From contig NC_043000.1 in assembly GCF_006345805.1 (NCBI RefSeq), forward strand, positions 37,200,001 to 37,264,000: a DNA stretch of 64,000 nucleotides, in the 5' to 3' direction. Below, piece after piece: positions 1-12,899 of the stretch. This DNA is from Octopus sinensis. Taxonomy: Eukaryota. Positions within the stretch are counted from its first letter, which is position 1. Each line of letters opens with the position of its first letter. A program made the translations under genes and the position numbers. Under the pieces are notes generated by a model. It made no database searches, was not told the origin of the DNA, and worked only from the letters and a program-made list of their open reading frames with translations.

Positions 1-301
1 TGATATTTGGTGTGAAGAATCAAATGTTTTGGTCTCTTACTCTTTGTCTGAGAGACAAAGAAAGTGGAATTGTCACATTAGCTGCATGCTAGTAAATGGT
101 GAAGGAACTTAAGGTGTGATAGGGAAGAAGAGGAAGATGTTTGATGAGTTGAGATGTTTCATGAGTTGTATCAAGGATGAGCTGATAGCTCAATAATTGA
201 CAGTGAAACAAACAGATAAATGCATAAGTGGTTGAATAACCTGTAGCTGAATGACCACAAATGAGAGTGTTATATGATTAATAATATCAAACAAATGATA
301 T

Positions 302-620
302 ATCATCATCATCATCATCATTTAACAGCTAATTTCCTCATTGGTGTGAGATGGACAGTTTGACAGAATCCAATGAACCAGATAACTGTGTCAGTGTCTG
401 CTCTGGCAAGGTTTCTATGGCCAGAAGCCCTTCATAAATAATCCCAATGACTTCCCAAAATGTCCTGGGTGTTGTTTTTTTTTTCATGATACCAGCACTA
501 GGGAGGTTGCTAGGTAACTTACAAGACAAACTAAAAGAAGTCCCTTTAACTGGATGGGGAGGTAGCTTTATGTTAGGGGTACAGAGGCAGGTGTCTTGCT
601 ATAGAGGAGATAACAGCACT
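302..620 (-). mobile_element. Old RTE-type LINE 3' UTR fragment (family C-like)
   Basis: (CAT)n run then atttaacagc..., gacagtttgacagaatcc, gtttctatggccagaagcccttc; reverse-complement counterpart of 33310-33605. Confidence 0.6.
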
Positions 621-982
621 CATGATGAACATGTGCCCCTATTTTCAATTAAGGAGTGCCTTAGAGGATTCAGTATGTCTACTTAAAATATATACATGTG
701 TGTTTAGTAATTTAGATTGCTGCAAGGGGAGCATGTCACACTAAATACATTACATTATTTGATTTTAGTCTTCTTGGTTCCAAGATCAAATCCTTTGAGA
801 GTCAACTTTGCTTTTCATTCACTTCTACTCTGCACCAAGGCTGGCTAAACTGATACCAGTAACATATTGGTGTTGATAGAGTCAACTCTTCCCAAACCAC
901 TTACTTGAACATCTATGCTCAAGCATCAGAAATTATTGCTGCTGCTGATAAACATGCAAGCACATGTATGTAAACATACCTA

Positions 983-1040
983 AATGGCGGTGCCCCAGCA
1001 TGGCCACAGCTCATAAGCTGAAACTAGAATCAATCAATCA
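983..1040 (+). mobile_element. Isolated CR1/L2-type LINE or SINE-B 3' tail
   Basis: ggcggtgccccagcatggccacagct-cata-agctgaaac followed by (ATCA)n; same motif as the LINE end at 41364-41405. Confidence 0.7.
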
Positions 1041-1089
1041 TACACATACATACACATATACATATGCATATAGATGTGGGTATATACCA

Positions 1090-1140
<51 letters not shown>

Positions 1141-1154
1141 TACATACACACACG

Positions 1155-1198
<44 letters not shown>

Positions 1199-1260
1199 TA
1201 TATACACACATATATATATATACACACACACATATATATACACATACAGATACACACACA
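1040..1260. repeat. Compound (CA)/(TA) microsatellite
   Basis: Direct reading; source of the YIYI/THTH ORFs. Confidence 0.95.
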
Positions 1261-1689
1261 TTTATTATTTTGATTTATAAAGAAATTATCATCATCCTCA
1301 TTATTATTATTACTTAGTTCATTTTTCTGCCTCTTTCTTACCTGACTCCTTGAATTTAAACATAGATTCAGAAATCACAGCCGTTGGAGGTTAGAGAAAT
1401 TAGGAGAAATTAGGTTTTGGATTAAGATGTTGTTGTTGAAAAAACAAAAAAACAAAAAAAAAATACAAAGTAAAGACAAAATATAAAAGCTGATGTAGCT
1501 CAAACAATCAGCTTAGGAAGAGATTAGGGTTAGTGTCTAATGACAAATCCAGTTTAAATTACCATCTTGTGAGCTTGCAAGGCTGAAGAACAGTGCATCG
1601 TCTGTCTGACAGGTTGCAGTCATGACACTTGAAGACTTTTCTGCTACAGTTTGGCTTATGGCTTGCTGCACAAATCACTACACAGAATA

Positions 1690-1850
1690 CAGCTGCTACT
1701 GCTACTGCTGCTGCTGCTGCTGCTGTTGATAGTGGACTTACTGCTATTGCCGTTGATACTATGGCTACTACAACTACGACTGTTGTTGCTCCTACTACTG
1801 CTACTGTTACTATTACTGGTACACTTCACCTACTGCTATCACTACTACTA

Positions 1851-1887
<37 letters not shown>

Positions 1888-2070
1888 AGTTAGTGTTGCT
1901 AATGGTAGAATAATTGAATTATTACTACCACCAGCAATGTTGCTTCTACTGCAACTACTACTACCTCTGCTACTACAACTGCTGCCGCTTCACTCATCAA
2001 CACTGCCAACACTACCACCAGCACTTCTACTACAACTTGTCACTGATGTTATTCCCAGCAGCAGTAGTTA
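1690..2070. repeat. Degenerate (CTG/CTA)n trinucleotide tract
   Basis: Direct reading; source of poly-L/A/T/Y ORFs. Confidence 0.9.
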
Positions 2071-2904
2071 ATAGTTAAAATGGTTACAGATACAATGTTT
2101 TGCATGTCTGGATGATGTTGGCTGTAGAAAATCTGCCTTAATGAATTTCATCTAACCCATGCAGGCATGGGAAAACATAGACAAGGGAACATTAAAAAAT
2201 ACTACTGATGATATATATATATATATATATTCTTTTATTCCTTATTTGTTTCAACCATGTGGCTGTGGTCATGCTGGAGCACCACCTTCATTTTGCACAT
2301 TTACATATCATTCTTTTTTGGTTGATTTCTTCTGGGTGGTAGGATTTCATATCACCACTCTTGTGTGTGCTTTTCACTTGGCTGTTGGCCTATTTGGTGG
2401 ATAAGGGAGTTAGACACTGTTGCTCTCATATTTGCCTTATACCAGGCTGTTGGTTCCTCTGGTATTGTGAAGATGAGAATATCCATTTCCTTTTTAAGGA
2501 CATCCACATCCAGTGTGTAGGTATCTTAATTCATTTGGAAGGGCATTTTTATATATACCTGTGAGTTAGAGAGAAGGAATTGGAGAGAGCATTTGCTCCT
2601 AGCATTTTAGGGAAATCTTGGACAGTAGGGTTCCTTGATTATCCCTAGAGGCCTTCCTGTATAAGGAGGGCCACATCTCTATCATCCACCCTGCCATTTT
2701 TTTTTTACATTTGCATTCTATGCATATGTCCCTTTTTTTCAGTGTATACCGTGTATACTTACTTTTCTTTTTATAATTTCATTCTATGTAAACCCCAACA
2801 CTTTATGTCTGTCACTGTATTGTCCCCCTCATCTTCGCTCTTATGGTAAATAAATGAAACCATTATTATTATTATCATTATTATAATATTTATTGTTGTT
2901 GTTG

Positions 2905-3105
2905 CTGTTAGAGCATTGGACAAAATGTTTAGTGGTATTTTTTCTAACTCATTACATTCTGAGTTCAAATCCCACCAGAGTCAACCTTGCTTTGCATTCC
3001 TCAAGTGTTGATAAAATCAAGAACCAGTCAGGTACTGGAATCATTGCTATTGTCTAACACCCTCCCAGCAAAATTGTTTGCCTTGTGCCAACGTCTGAAA
3101 CCATT
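2905..3105 (+). mobile_element. SINE family A, degraded
   Basis: gttagagcattggacaaaatgtttagtggtatt...ttctgagttcaaatcccaccagag...ctttgcattcctc; matches 5167-5377. Confidence 0.75.
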
Positions 3106-4002
3106 AATAAGAGGGGGAAGTGGTACAATTATTAATGTGTTGGATAAAATGTTTAGTGGCCTTTCTTTTAGCTCTTTATGCTCTGAGTTCCAAAGGTAAC
3201 AACAACTGACCTTTTGCCAACATTGTGAATCAAAGAGAGCTATTTGATATGAGCCAGCTTGAAGTAAAAGAACAAGCATAGCAATGGTAAGTCACAAAAG
3301 ACACTGCCTTCTCATCGTTTGAATTTACTCAATAAAGAGCAAGAAACAAAATTAGACATTTCTGTTTTTCAAGAATCAAAGAGAGCTGACCCAATTGTTT
3401 ACAACAGTGTGGATTCTACAGGAAAGGCATGCAAGGGCCAGGTCACATATGGGGTACAAAGCTGGATGCCAGATTATGTCTACTACCCAAGAACAGGAAC
3501 AGTTCCCGTGAGAGATGAAAACAGGTTGTAATCATTGCAAGATTTGAGAGTCATTTGTAGCATGTCAAACAACTACATAGAAACACAATGAAACACTGAC
3601 TCTGAATTTGAACTTACGTACCATGAGCAGGTAGTGTAATGTTACCTATTAGGCCATTTCACTTCTACAATAATCACAGAGTTCAACCTCAGATAATCAT
3701 CAGAGCACATGCTTATTTATACACAAACTTCCTTTGTAACTTAGTGATACTTTTCAGAGACTGGTGGTCAGAAAAACAATACAAATGAATCCTTTCAAAG
3801 ACAGCAGCAAACCATAATATTAGGTAATTAAACTCTTGACTTCTATAGTTAAATATATGAAATGAATTTGCCTCTGGATGAGACATTAATTTTTTGCAGG
3901 AAACTTTACCAAAGTGACAGAATTGTCTTACACTTGTAGACACAAAAATACAGTTACATGGGTGATACAAACTAACAACCCATGAACAGAGCAATACCAT
4001 AA

Positions 4003-4005
4003 CTA

Positions 4006-4047
<42 letters not shown>

Positions 4048-4130
4048 CACCACCACCACCACCACCACCACCACTGCTACTACTGCTGCTGCTTCTAGTA
4101 GTAATAATAGTAGTAGCAGCAGCAGTAGTT
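4003..4130. repeat. (CTA)n(CCA)n(GTA/GCA)n microsatellite
   Basis: Direct reading. Confidence 0.95.
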
Positions 4131-5034
4131 AAAGAGTAAATTCCATTTATTTGCAATAAGGACTGTTACCAAGATGGCAAGCCTCGTCTCATCACCATTG
4201 CCTATCATCTCACTATCTCAACAACATCACCTTCAAAACTGTTACCAAAGCTGTCTCAACCTTCTCCTCCTTCTCCCCACTCTCTATCAGCTTATGTCCT
4301 CATTGCCTTCATCAGGGATGTGTTGTGCTGCTTCTATCAGTATAACTGTTTGTTTTACTACTAATTCCATTCCTATGCTGCTGTACATACATTTATTTAT
4401 ACACTAATGATACCTATGTAATTAGGTACCATTAATATAGTTAATTAGACTAATTATTAGCAATTGCTGTGATAATGTATTGAAATACTATACTTTAACT
4501 AATTACAGTGTTTCTAATGCAATAATAAGAGCTAGAAATACTAACTGATAGTAATTGACACACAGTAATGTAAATGTATTAATTATGTCCAATAGCAAAA
4601 GAATATAATTATGGATTCACACTGATATCTTACTGGTTATTGTTTTACTGGCAGAAGAGAGGTGAATATCAAAGTTGGCAACCAAAGTCAGATTTGAACT
4701 TAGAACACAGCTTGGTATCTAGATATAGTTCCTTAACTTCTGAGTTCAAATCCTGATGCAGTCAGCTTTGTCTTTCATTCTTCTGAGGTGGATGCTTTGT
4801 GGTATTTCTTCCACTGAGATGTTTCATAATGTGAAACACAACCACCAGCATCCGTGTACGTTCACATATTACCACACACAACTACATAACCACAAACTAC
4901 CACACACACGCACACACACACACACACACACAATAGTTGTTTCTCCAGATTATTACAAGTATGAATTAAATTAAAAAATAATGAATAATTCCTTTGATCT
5001 TTGACTCTTTCTTCTTGTTTGATGTAGATGAAAC

Positions 5035-5053
5035 ATTATTATTATTATTACTA

Positions 5054-5084
<31 letters not shown>

Positions 5085-5117
5085 TATTATTATTATCATT
5101 ATTATTATTATTATTAC

Positions 5118-5163
<46 letters not shown>
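5035..5163. repeat. (ATT)n microsatellite
   Basis: Direct reading. Confidence 0.95.
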
Positions 5164-5164
<1 letters not shown>

Positions 5165-5166
5165 GA

Positions 5167-5377
5167 GGTAGCGAGCTGGCAGAATCGTTAGCATGCTAGA
5201 CGGAATGCTTAGTGTTATTCCACCGTTGCTATGTTCTGAGTTCAAATTCTGCTGAGGTCAACTTTGTCTTTCATCCTTTTGGGGTCGATAAATTAAGTAC
5301 CAGTGAAACACTGAGGTCGATGTAATCGACACATCCCCTCCCACAAATGGCTGCCCTTGTGGCAAAATTTGAAACCA
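5167..5377 (+). mobile_element. SINE family A (tRNA-like head)
   Basis: ggtagcgagctggcagaatcgttagca A-box-like, gagttcaaatt B-box-like, body tttcatccttttggggtcgataaattaagtaccag; at least 8 copies in the window; sits in an (ATT)n tract. Confidence 0.9.
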
Positions 5378-5515
5378 TTATTATTATTATTATTAGTAGT
5401 AGTAGTAGTAGTAGATTTATATGTTTTATTTAATCTAATTTAATAGCTCACCATTCTCAAGTCAAATCTCATCAGGCCTCACATGACTAGCAATCCAACC
5501 AACAAACAAACCCAT

Positions 5516-5757
5516 GGGCATATGGTGTAGTGGTTAAGAGCACAGGCTACTAACCCCAAGATTCCGAGTTCAATTCCAGGCAGTGACCTGAATAATAATA
5601 TTAATAACATAGAAAAATACCTTAGGAATAAGAATCCAGATTAGAAATTTCCCCAAGTCACTTGATGAAAGCTGGAGGGTATATCAGCCAAAATGTTGTG
5701 TTAACAACAAACAAGATGAGGACAAATATTGGTCAAATGTAAATAATGTAAATAATA
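5516..5757 (+). mobile_element. tRNA-headed SINE with a degenerate hammerhead-like 3' module
   Basis: Head tggtgtagtggttaagagc (A box) ... gagttcaattcc (B box); CAC-TTGATGA-aagctg..cagcc-AAAATGTT-GTG at 5659-5700; (GTAAATAAT)2 tail. Confidence 0.75.
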
Positions 5758-5759
5758 AA

Positions 5760-5950
5760 CCTCATTGTGGTTGTGAGACCTGCAAAAAATCAACATCTAA
5801 ATCTCCTTCAAACCAAAACCTATTGCCTTTTTTAAAAAAAATCATACTCATTTGCTGTTGTCCAGGATAGAAGATATGGCAATGAAGTTCGAATGTCTTT
5901 CCTCACAGGTCTGTAGGAGCAGAGATGACCGAAGATAATTGACATCAACA
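5760..5950 (+). mobile_element. Interspersed repeat family D (retroposon-like), degraded
   Basis: aaatctccttcaaa...gaatgtctttcctcacaggtctg; related copies near 8330, 22040, 25340, 31540, 32580, 36950, 38120, 39130, 53185, 57030. Confidence 0.6.
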
Positions 5951-5975
5951 CTGTAGCAATATAATTGATTCCAAA

Positions 5976-6187
5976 GGTGGCAAGCTGGCAGAAATGTTAG
6001 CATGCCAGGCAAAATGCTTAGCTGTATTTTGTCTGTCTTTACGTTCTGAGTTCAAGTTCTGCCAAGGTTGGCTTTGCCTTACATCCTTTCAGAGTCTAAA
6101 AATTAAGTACCAGTTGCATACTAGAGTTGATCTAATCGACTGGCCCCCTCCCCAAACATTTTGGGCCTTGTGCCTGGAGTAGAAAAG
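5976..6187 (+). mobile_element. SINE family A with target-site duplication
   Basis: Full-length copy; flanks aatataattgattccaaa (5958-5975) and aatatacttgattccaga (6188-6205). Confidence 0.9.
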
Positions 6188-6371
6188 AATATACTTGATT
6201 CCAGAATGTATTACTTGTTTTTCTGAGTTTTACCTAAATGCATTGTTGTAATGAGATACAGATGTAGAGAACTAATTATTCAGCTAAAATATTTATCTTC
6301 AGTATATGAATTATAAAGAACATATGTCTGTATATATTGCAAACTGCTGACTGTTAACCTTTGACCTAAAG

Positions 6372-6632
6372 CAATGGTTCTCAACTGAGGTTCAAATGGT
6401 CCCTTGGGGAGGGTCCCCCATATAACATTTTATTGTTAAAATTGATGCAATAAATAGGTTATATTTCTACAATACACAAAATATTTCAACACTTGTTTTT
6501 TTTACACAATTCCTAATATTTGATTATAAAAATATGATAGGATTTTTTTAAACATGGAATGGTTATGAGGAAGCACGCCAGTGAAATAGGAATCATAAAG
6601 GTTCATGGGTTAGAAGTGGTTGAAAACCACTG
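6372..6632. mobile_element. Non-autonomous hAT MITE (Charlie/MER5-like termini)
   Basis: TIRs caatggttctcaac / gttgaaaaccactg; 8-bp TSD acctaaag / acctgaag. Confidence 0.85.
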
Positions 6633-8525
6633 ACCTGAAGTACACCAAAATATAATGGACGCGAGTTAACAAGTTTTGGTGCTATGACTTTACAACATTA
6701 TTCGTATGCATCAACATCTAATCTATGCTGTAAAAAGTACCCTGACCACTCAAAGATCCTTAAAAGCATAACTTTAAACTAATATAATGCCCTAGCTCAA
6801 TATTGTAAAATATAGATATCCCACCGTCGAGTACTGTTGTGATATTTAGAAGGGTACACATGTTCCTTTTCTGCCTATCTAACCCAACACTCCATCACCA
6901 CCACCATCACCACCACAACCACTAGTGCCGCCGCCGCCACTGCGACAGCAATGACCACCACCACCGTTGCCACCACTACCAAAATTACAAAAAATAAAAG
7001 TACACAAAATGACATTTGTCATTGGTAAGCCTAGATTCTTCTCAATGTGTTGTAGAGATGTGAACAGTGTCTCAATAATATTAGAGATCTTTGACTCTCA
7101 TCAATCAGTTTTATTGATGTTGTTAATTACATTACTATCTTCGTAACTAGTTAATTTTCAGTAATCTTTACGGTCATGTATAGTTAAATATATAAATATT
7201 CTAGATGTGAACTGATTACATACTTCTTTGTAGCAAATTATATGTTCTCATGTGAGCGGAGAGGAATTATATAAAACCAATCTACACATCAATTTATAGG
7301 TAATTTGGTGCTTCACTCACAGAACTAATCTTGCTTCATTCTTACTGTCTTTACTGTCAAATGGGTGAAGGAAGGAGTGGTTCAGTGTCTTGTCTATGAC
7401 AGCGGACTGTCAATGATGTAATATATCTGTAATTACTCAGCCTAGAAACTAATATCACCTCAATTGGTTCAGTTCAGTTTTATGAAAAGTAAAACTCAAA
7501 ACTCATAGAGAAAAATATAATATCAACTGAAATACACACACACACACACACATACACACACACAGAAGCCAGCTCTCAGTTGTAAATAGTTTCATATGGT
7601 TTCTTATAGTTGTCCTTTCTGTTATAAATAAGGATCATATCTTTAAATAGAGAATAAAAAAAGAAAGAAGCTAAAATCTGAGAGAGAAATATTTGGTTGT
7701 TGAGAATATGAGGTTAAAAATGAAGTAATCAATATTTACATGTTGGTGCTCCTTTCATAAAAAAAATGTTAAAAGGGTGAGGTGTTTCCTAGTTAATGAG
7801 GAAACATCTGGTCGTAGCTAATCAATATCATCTTATATGCTTAAAGCAATATGTACATTATCCAAGACCAATGAATATCCCCGCCCACTGGCACAGATAA
7901 CTCTGAATACAAAATAAACACTTTTCTTTCTTGGTTAGTTATTTAAACAAAATGAGTTATTACTATGAAGTAAGGTGACTTACATTAGTAGAGTTATTGT
8001 GTCAAAAGGCTTTTATGAACTTTCACAAAGGTTGACCAATTTTCATATTATAGAGCTTAAAGATTAATAACAAATGGTATTAAATCTTTGCTTTCAAGTT
8101 TTTAGAGAAATTGATCAAAATAACCAATGCTACTATTCAAGTGTTTCATAGACTTTCCTGTTAAAACCTACAAGATAATGGAGTTATATTTAGTAGACTT
8201 TTACTAATAATATCTCAATACAAAATGACAGTTTTCAATATTTAAACATTTCTTTATCTTTTCTCCTATTTAAAATGTCAGGGTTGCTGAAAGGTACACA
8301 ACGTACTGATAATTCACAGGTCATCAGTTCTAAACCTGAGCAGAGCTATAAAAAGTGTTCCAGTCATGATAACTTTGTCCTTTGCTAGATACATTGCATA
8401 TCTAGGACTACATTATCTAATGTGTACCTCTCTTTTGAATATAACAGAGAATTGTCTGCTATTTTTATTATGTTGAATGACTACACAGAGGCAGTCTCAT
8501 TGGTTCACATGTAAAGATTGCTTGC

Positions 8526-8733
8526 AAGCTGGCAGAATTGTGAGCATGACAGGTGAAACGCTAAGCAGTATTTCATCTGCCATTATGTTCTGAGTTCAAA
8601 TTCCACCAAGGATGACTTTGCCTTTCTTCCTTTCTGGGTCAATAAATTAAAAACCAGCTATGTACTGGGGCTGATGCAATCAACTTAATCCCTTCCCCCA
8701 AATTTGAGGTCTTGTGCTTCCAGTAGAAAGGAT
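8526..8733 (+). mobile_element. SINE family A
   Basis: aagctggcagaattg...ttctgagttcaaattcc...ttcttcctttctgggtcaataaattaa. Confidence 0.85.
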
Positions 8734-8885
8734 TGCTTTCACTTTACTTTTGACATTAATCTCATTAATTTGAGATATGATATTGGACTAATAGTTGATA
8801 GAGTGCAAGTTCAAATTCACAGCAGGCGTACTACTGTTGCTTATAGAAAACAATTATTCTCCATTATTTCAGTTGAGTGGACAAA

Positions 8886-9035
8886 ATGGGAAATTGGTCA
8901 TCTAGGAATGTAATTATTAGCATGCTGTCTGGGGAGATATTTGTCTCACAGCTTCTTAATGATGTAGAACAAAGCACTGACATTTCAAACTGCTATGAGT
9001 TTGGGAAATATTATCTTCAAACTGCAAAATATATT
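8886..9035 (+). CDS. Candidate first coding exon (MGNWSSR..., 50 codons), unverified
   Basis: Acceptor ttattctccattatttcag at 8872, aaaATGG start context, frame open to a phase-0 GTAAGT donor at 9036; no homology recognised. Confidence 0.2.
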
Positions 9036-9741
9036 GTAAGTACAATTCTCTTAAGAAATACCTTTGATTAAAATATGTGTTTACTTATTTTAAGATATAC
9101 TTGAATGCAATCCTAATGACATAGCTTTTCTAAACTGTCAAATATACATTTTTCAACAGGAGTGGAGTGGGGCTGGTTGCAAACTAACCTTGTTTTGGTG
9201 GGTGGAAAATGTCTAACAAAATGTTTGATTTTTTCAGCTTAAAGTGCAGAGTTCATATCTTATATGAAACACAGTCATGAACGATTAAAAAGTTCACTTC
9301 TCAATCACGAAGACCCTAGTTCAATCCCACCAAAGGAAAGTGCCTTCAACCATTTCTTCAGGCCGAGCTAAGTCTTGTGAGGGAAACTGGGTAGACAGAA
9401 ACTATATGGAAGCCTATCTAACCTGATATTATTTGTAAGTCAACAGGTCATATTTGTGACACATATTGACTATGCCTGGGGATTACAAGAGTACAAGTGT
9501 TTACAGAATTACTCAGATACTTACACTAAAATACAGGATCAATCCAAAGTGTTCCTACACTTTGCTAGAGAATTACATTAAAAGTACAAGAGTCTGTGGA
9601 ATACTCAGCCACATGCTAGTACAAAGAGTGTGTAGTACTGTTGATTGAAAACCAGAAATCAATACACAATATCTACAAAGATATGAGACTTGGTGATGAA
9701 CCAAAAATAATAAAGGCATTGTATATGGATCTTTACATTAA

Positions 9742-10033
9742 GGGGCATGGTGCAGTGATTAAGGTTTTGCACTCATGATCAAGCAATTGTGGGTTTGATT
9801 CCCAGACCAAGCAGCATGTTGTGTTCTTGAGTAAAATACTACATTTCATGTTGCTCCAGTTCACTCGGCTGTAAATGGGTAACTCTGCAATGGACTAGCC
9901 TTCCAATCAAGGGAATTGTTGGCCTGCTCACCTAGCCAATGGTGTGGCATCATTCAAAAGCTAAAGAATGATCCAAAACGTATTGTGACCAGCGATGTAT
10001 AATAGCATCCAATAGTCTGATCTATCACATGAT
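9742..10033 (+). mobile_element. tRNA-headed SINE with CORE-like and V-like central domains
   Basis: A/B boxes, ttcttgagtaaaatactacatttcatgttgctccagttcactc, ctctgcaatggactagcc; related internally deleted copy at 58410-58612. Confidence 0.75.
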
Positions 10034-10974
10034 ATGGATTTTCAGTTGTAGTGTAAACCTCATAAATAAACTCTAAGAATTCTAAACAAGTCTCTTTAAT
10101 TACATACACAGGTCTTCAAGTAAAAGCAACAATTTTTCCAAAACATCTTTTTGTTAGAATATGAAGAAAGTTTTGTCTGTGAGAATGTCAAGTGTTTGAA
10201 CTAAAGCTACCCCTCACACAAATTTATAGTTACATTATCTTCAGTTGTGTAATTCCTCCGTTCCTTCCATATCAAAAAGTAAAATTCTTCATTCTTGGTA
10301 AATCACTTAATTCTTGGTATATCACTGGTGCCAGATCCAAGTGTAAAAGGTCATGCAGTCAATCTCTCCATATCAAAAGAGCTTACCCAGTAACCTGGGT
10401 ACCTCTCAGTATTCTGGAGGCAACTCTATCTCATTAGAGAGCCATGTGTTGTAATGGTTTCTGTATGGCAGCATTACCATTAAAAGACTTCATCCATGTT
10501 ATGAAATCAAGAGCCAAAGATTGTCAAGTGTCATATATTTAAAGTTCTGTATTTCTCCACAGCAGTCTTTCAACATTGTAACATCTCATATGTACTGTCC
10601 TTCAGTTGAAGGACATTTGTATTTGGCACAGAGTGATGACTACTCATGGTCAGAACAACAACAACAATACCACCACCATCAACAACAACAATCATAAATA
10701 CATCACGAGCAACAACATTCTATACAGAAAGCAAGACAGTAGGAAAATCTTAGTTTGTTTAGCTTTTCGTTCTACCAACAGTAAAACGATTGACTAAAAT
10801 GATATTTCCCAGCCATTAACATGAATAGAAACAATCATTTATAAGATTTGAATTGTTAAAAATAACATTAAGACTTCTTAGTAATAATCCATCATTCTAA
10901 GATGACATGTCTGCAGAGAAAAAGAAAAGGAAAGATGAAACATCAATCACTTATGCAGCTGTCTTCATATGTGT

Positions 10975-11016
<42 letters not shown>

Positions 11017-11924
11017 ACACACACACACATACACACACACACTAAAATACTCTAACCTATATAGAGAAGAGTCTAAACTGATTCATCAAGCTACATACTC
11101 ATTTATTTAATTATCCTGTTTATCTCTCTCTCTCCCCCTCTCTGTATGTCTCTATCTGTCTCTCTCTTTATATATACATATGCATATATATATATATATA
11201 TAGATAGATAGATAGATAGATAGATAGATGGATAGAGAGAGAGAGAGAGATATACATATACATGTATATAATACGCATACACACACATATGAAGTCATAT
11301 AAAGCAGTAAATGAACCTACAGAGAGATAATTAATAATGCACAAAACTGTCTGTACACATGAGTGTGTATCAGCACAGGTGTCTTATACACACTCCTGCT
11401 TACACACACACACACACACACACATCTACATTCACAAGCACACAAGCATATATGTGCATTTTAAAAGTCCTACATAAACATGAATCTACAAACTCATTAA
11501 CATATATACCTATTTATATATGCATATATCTTATACAAATACACGTATATATATATACCCAGGCGCAAACACTTTCAACATACACATAGTTACACATTGA
11601 CAAACACACAAACAAAAACCCACCTTAAGTAAATGCCTTTCAAAAGATTGATGTTGTTTTAATCATGCTTAGTTCTGCAGACTAAAATAAGTCGAACAGG
11701 TGACCAAAAGAGGCATCAAAAGTAACACTAATTCTCTCAAAGACAGAGACATTTTTTCCCATCCCATTTATGTCTTACTAGCTTGACGCTCATTGAAGAG
11801 ATGAACACAATGCACAGACATAAATACATAATTGATTGCTTTAGATAATGGCAATTTATTTGTTGCCTTTTTTCCATATTGGGCTTCTGTCTTCTTCTAA
11901 TTTTGTTCCTATTATGCTTATACA

Positions 11925-11984
<60 letters not shown>

Positions 11985-12015
11985 GTGTATGTATGTATGT
12001 ATGTATGTATGTATG

Positions 12016-12062
<47 letters not shown>

Positions 12063-12189
12063 ATATACATACATATATATATATATAAATACATATGTAT
12101 GTATATATACATATATATACATATACACACATATACATACACACACCACATAGATACACACACACACACATATATATACCCATTATTAC

Positions 12190-12225
<36 letters not shown>

Positions 12226-12260
12226 ATATACATTGTCTAATATATATATGTATATATGTA
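11925..12260. repeat. Compound (TA)/(TATG)/(CA) microsatellite
   Basis: Direct reading. Confidence 0.95.
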
Positions 12261-12899
12261 TTAGACTCTGAGACCAGTATTGAGTCCTTTCAGCAGTAAA
12301 TGTATATTGTTATTTATAGCTTTATAACCTAACAACCCTACATTAATGTGTGCGTATACATATATGTGTATGTCACATACTCATATATTATGTGTGTATA
12401 TGTGCAATTTTAGCATCTCACCTCCATCAAGTTTGACTGGTGGTGGAAGCCTGTTGGCACCATGCCATAGGAATAGCTTTATAATTGCTTTTGCTGGTCA
12501 CAGCTTCCTGTGCTAATCTGGACAATTCCTGAGCTGACAGATGCCATACACTGCATTCAATTAGTGTTATACTTGTAGTTCTTGTTGCAGTCTTTTGATG
12601 TTTTGGTTGTTTTTGCTTTTGTTGTAGCTTTTTTTTCTTCCTTTTGCTTTATATTTTACTCACAAATGTTTAGGTTTTTGTTTTCAATATTTTATGTAAT
12701 GCTGAGTTCTAGGAAAGGACAGTTCTTTGACCCTCCCCCTTATATTCCCCAACCTCTCTTTTTCTCTCTCTCACACACACATACATGCATACATGCACAC
12801 ACACACACACACAGAGCAAAATACTAATTTTTACCAGCATGTACTCTAATCTACAATGCACTGGCAGTACATGGTTTCAATATTATTGGACTTCCAAAA

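Noticed and set aside
964-1317. YIYI/THTH/CVCV ORFs here and at ~11737-12299, 18217-18616, 19572-20131, 61110-61641
   Set aside because: Translations of (TA)n, (CA)n and (TAGA)n microsatellites, not genes
1522-1533. Telomeric TTAGGG
   Set aside because: Only ~1.5 units; not an interstitial telomeric array
1629-1913. ORF resembling a signal peptide, mucin stalk and TM helix
   Set aside because: Built from a CTN trinucleotide tract, starts at TTG, no splice or homology support
3319-3531. 70-aa ORF with ordinary composition
   Set aside because: TTG start, no splice signals, no recognisable domain; possibly decayed LINE
5516-5590. tRNA gene (also the heads at 9742, 26895, 28055, 36015, 58410)
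   Set aside because: A/B boxes are present but I see no complete cloverleaf; each continues into a SINE body
12421-12500. Ankyrin/TRP-like peptide KAIIKLFLWHGANRLPPP on the - strand
   Set aside because: In-frame TGA just upstream and no credible acceptor for that frame
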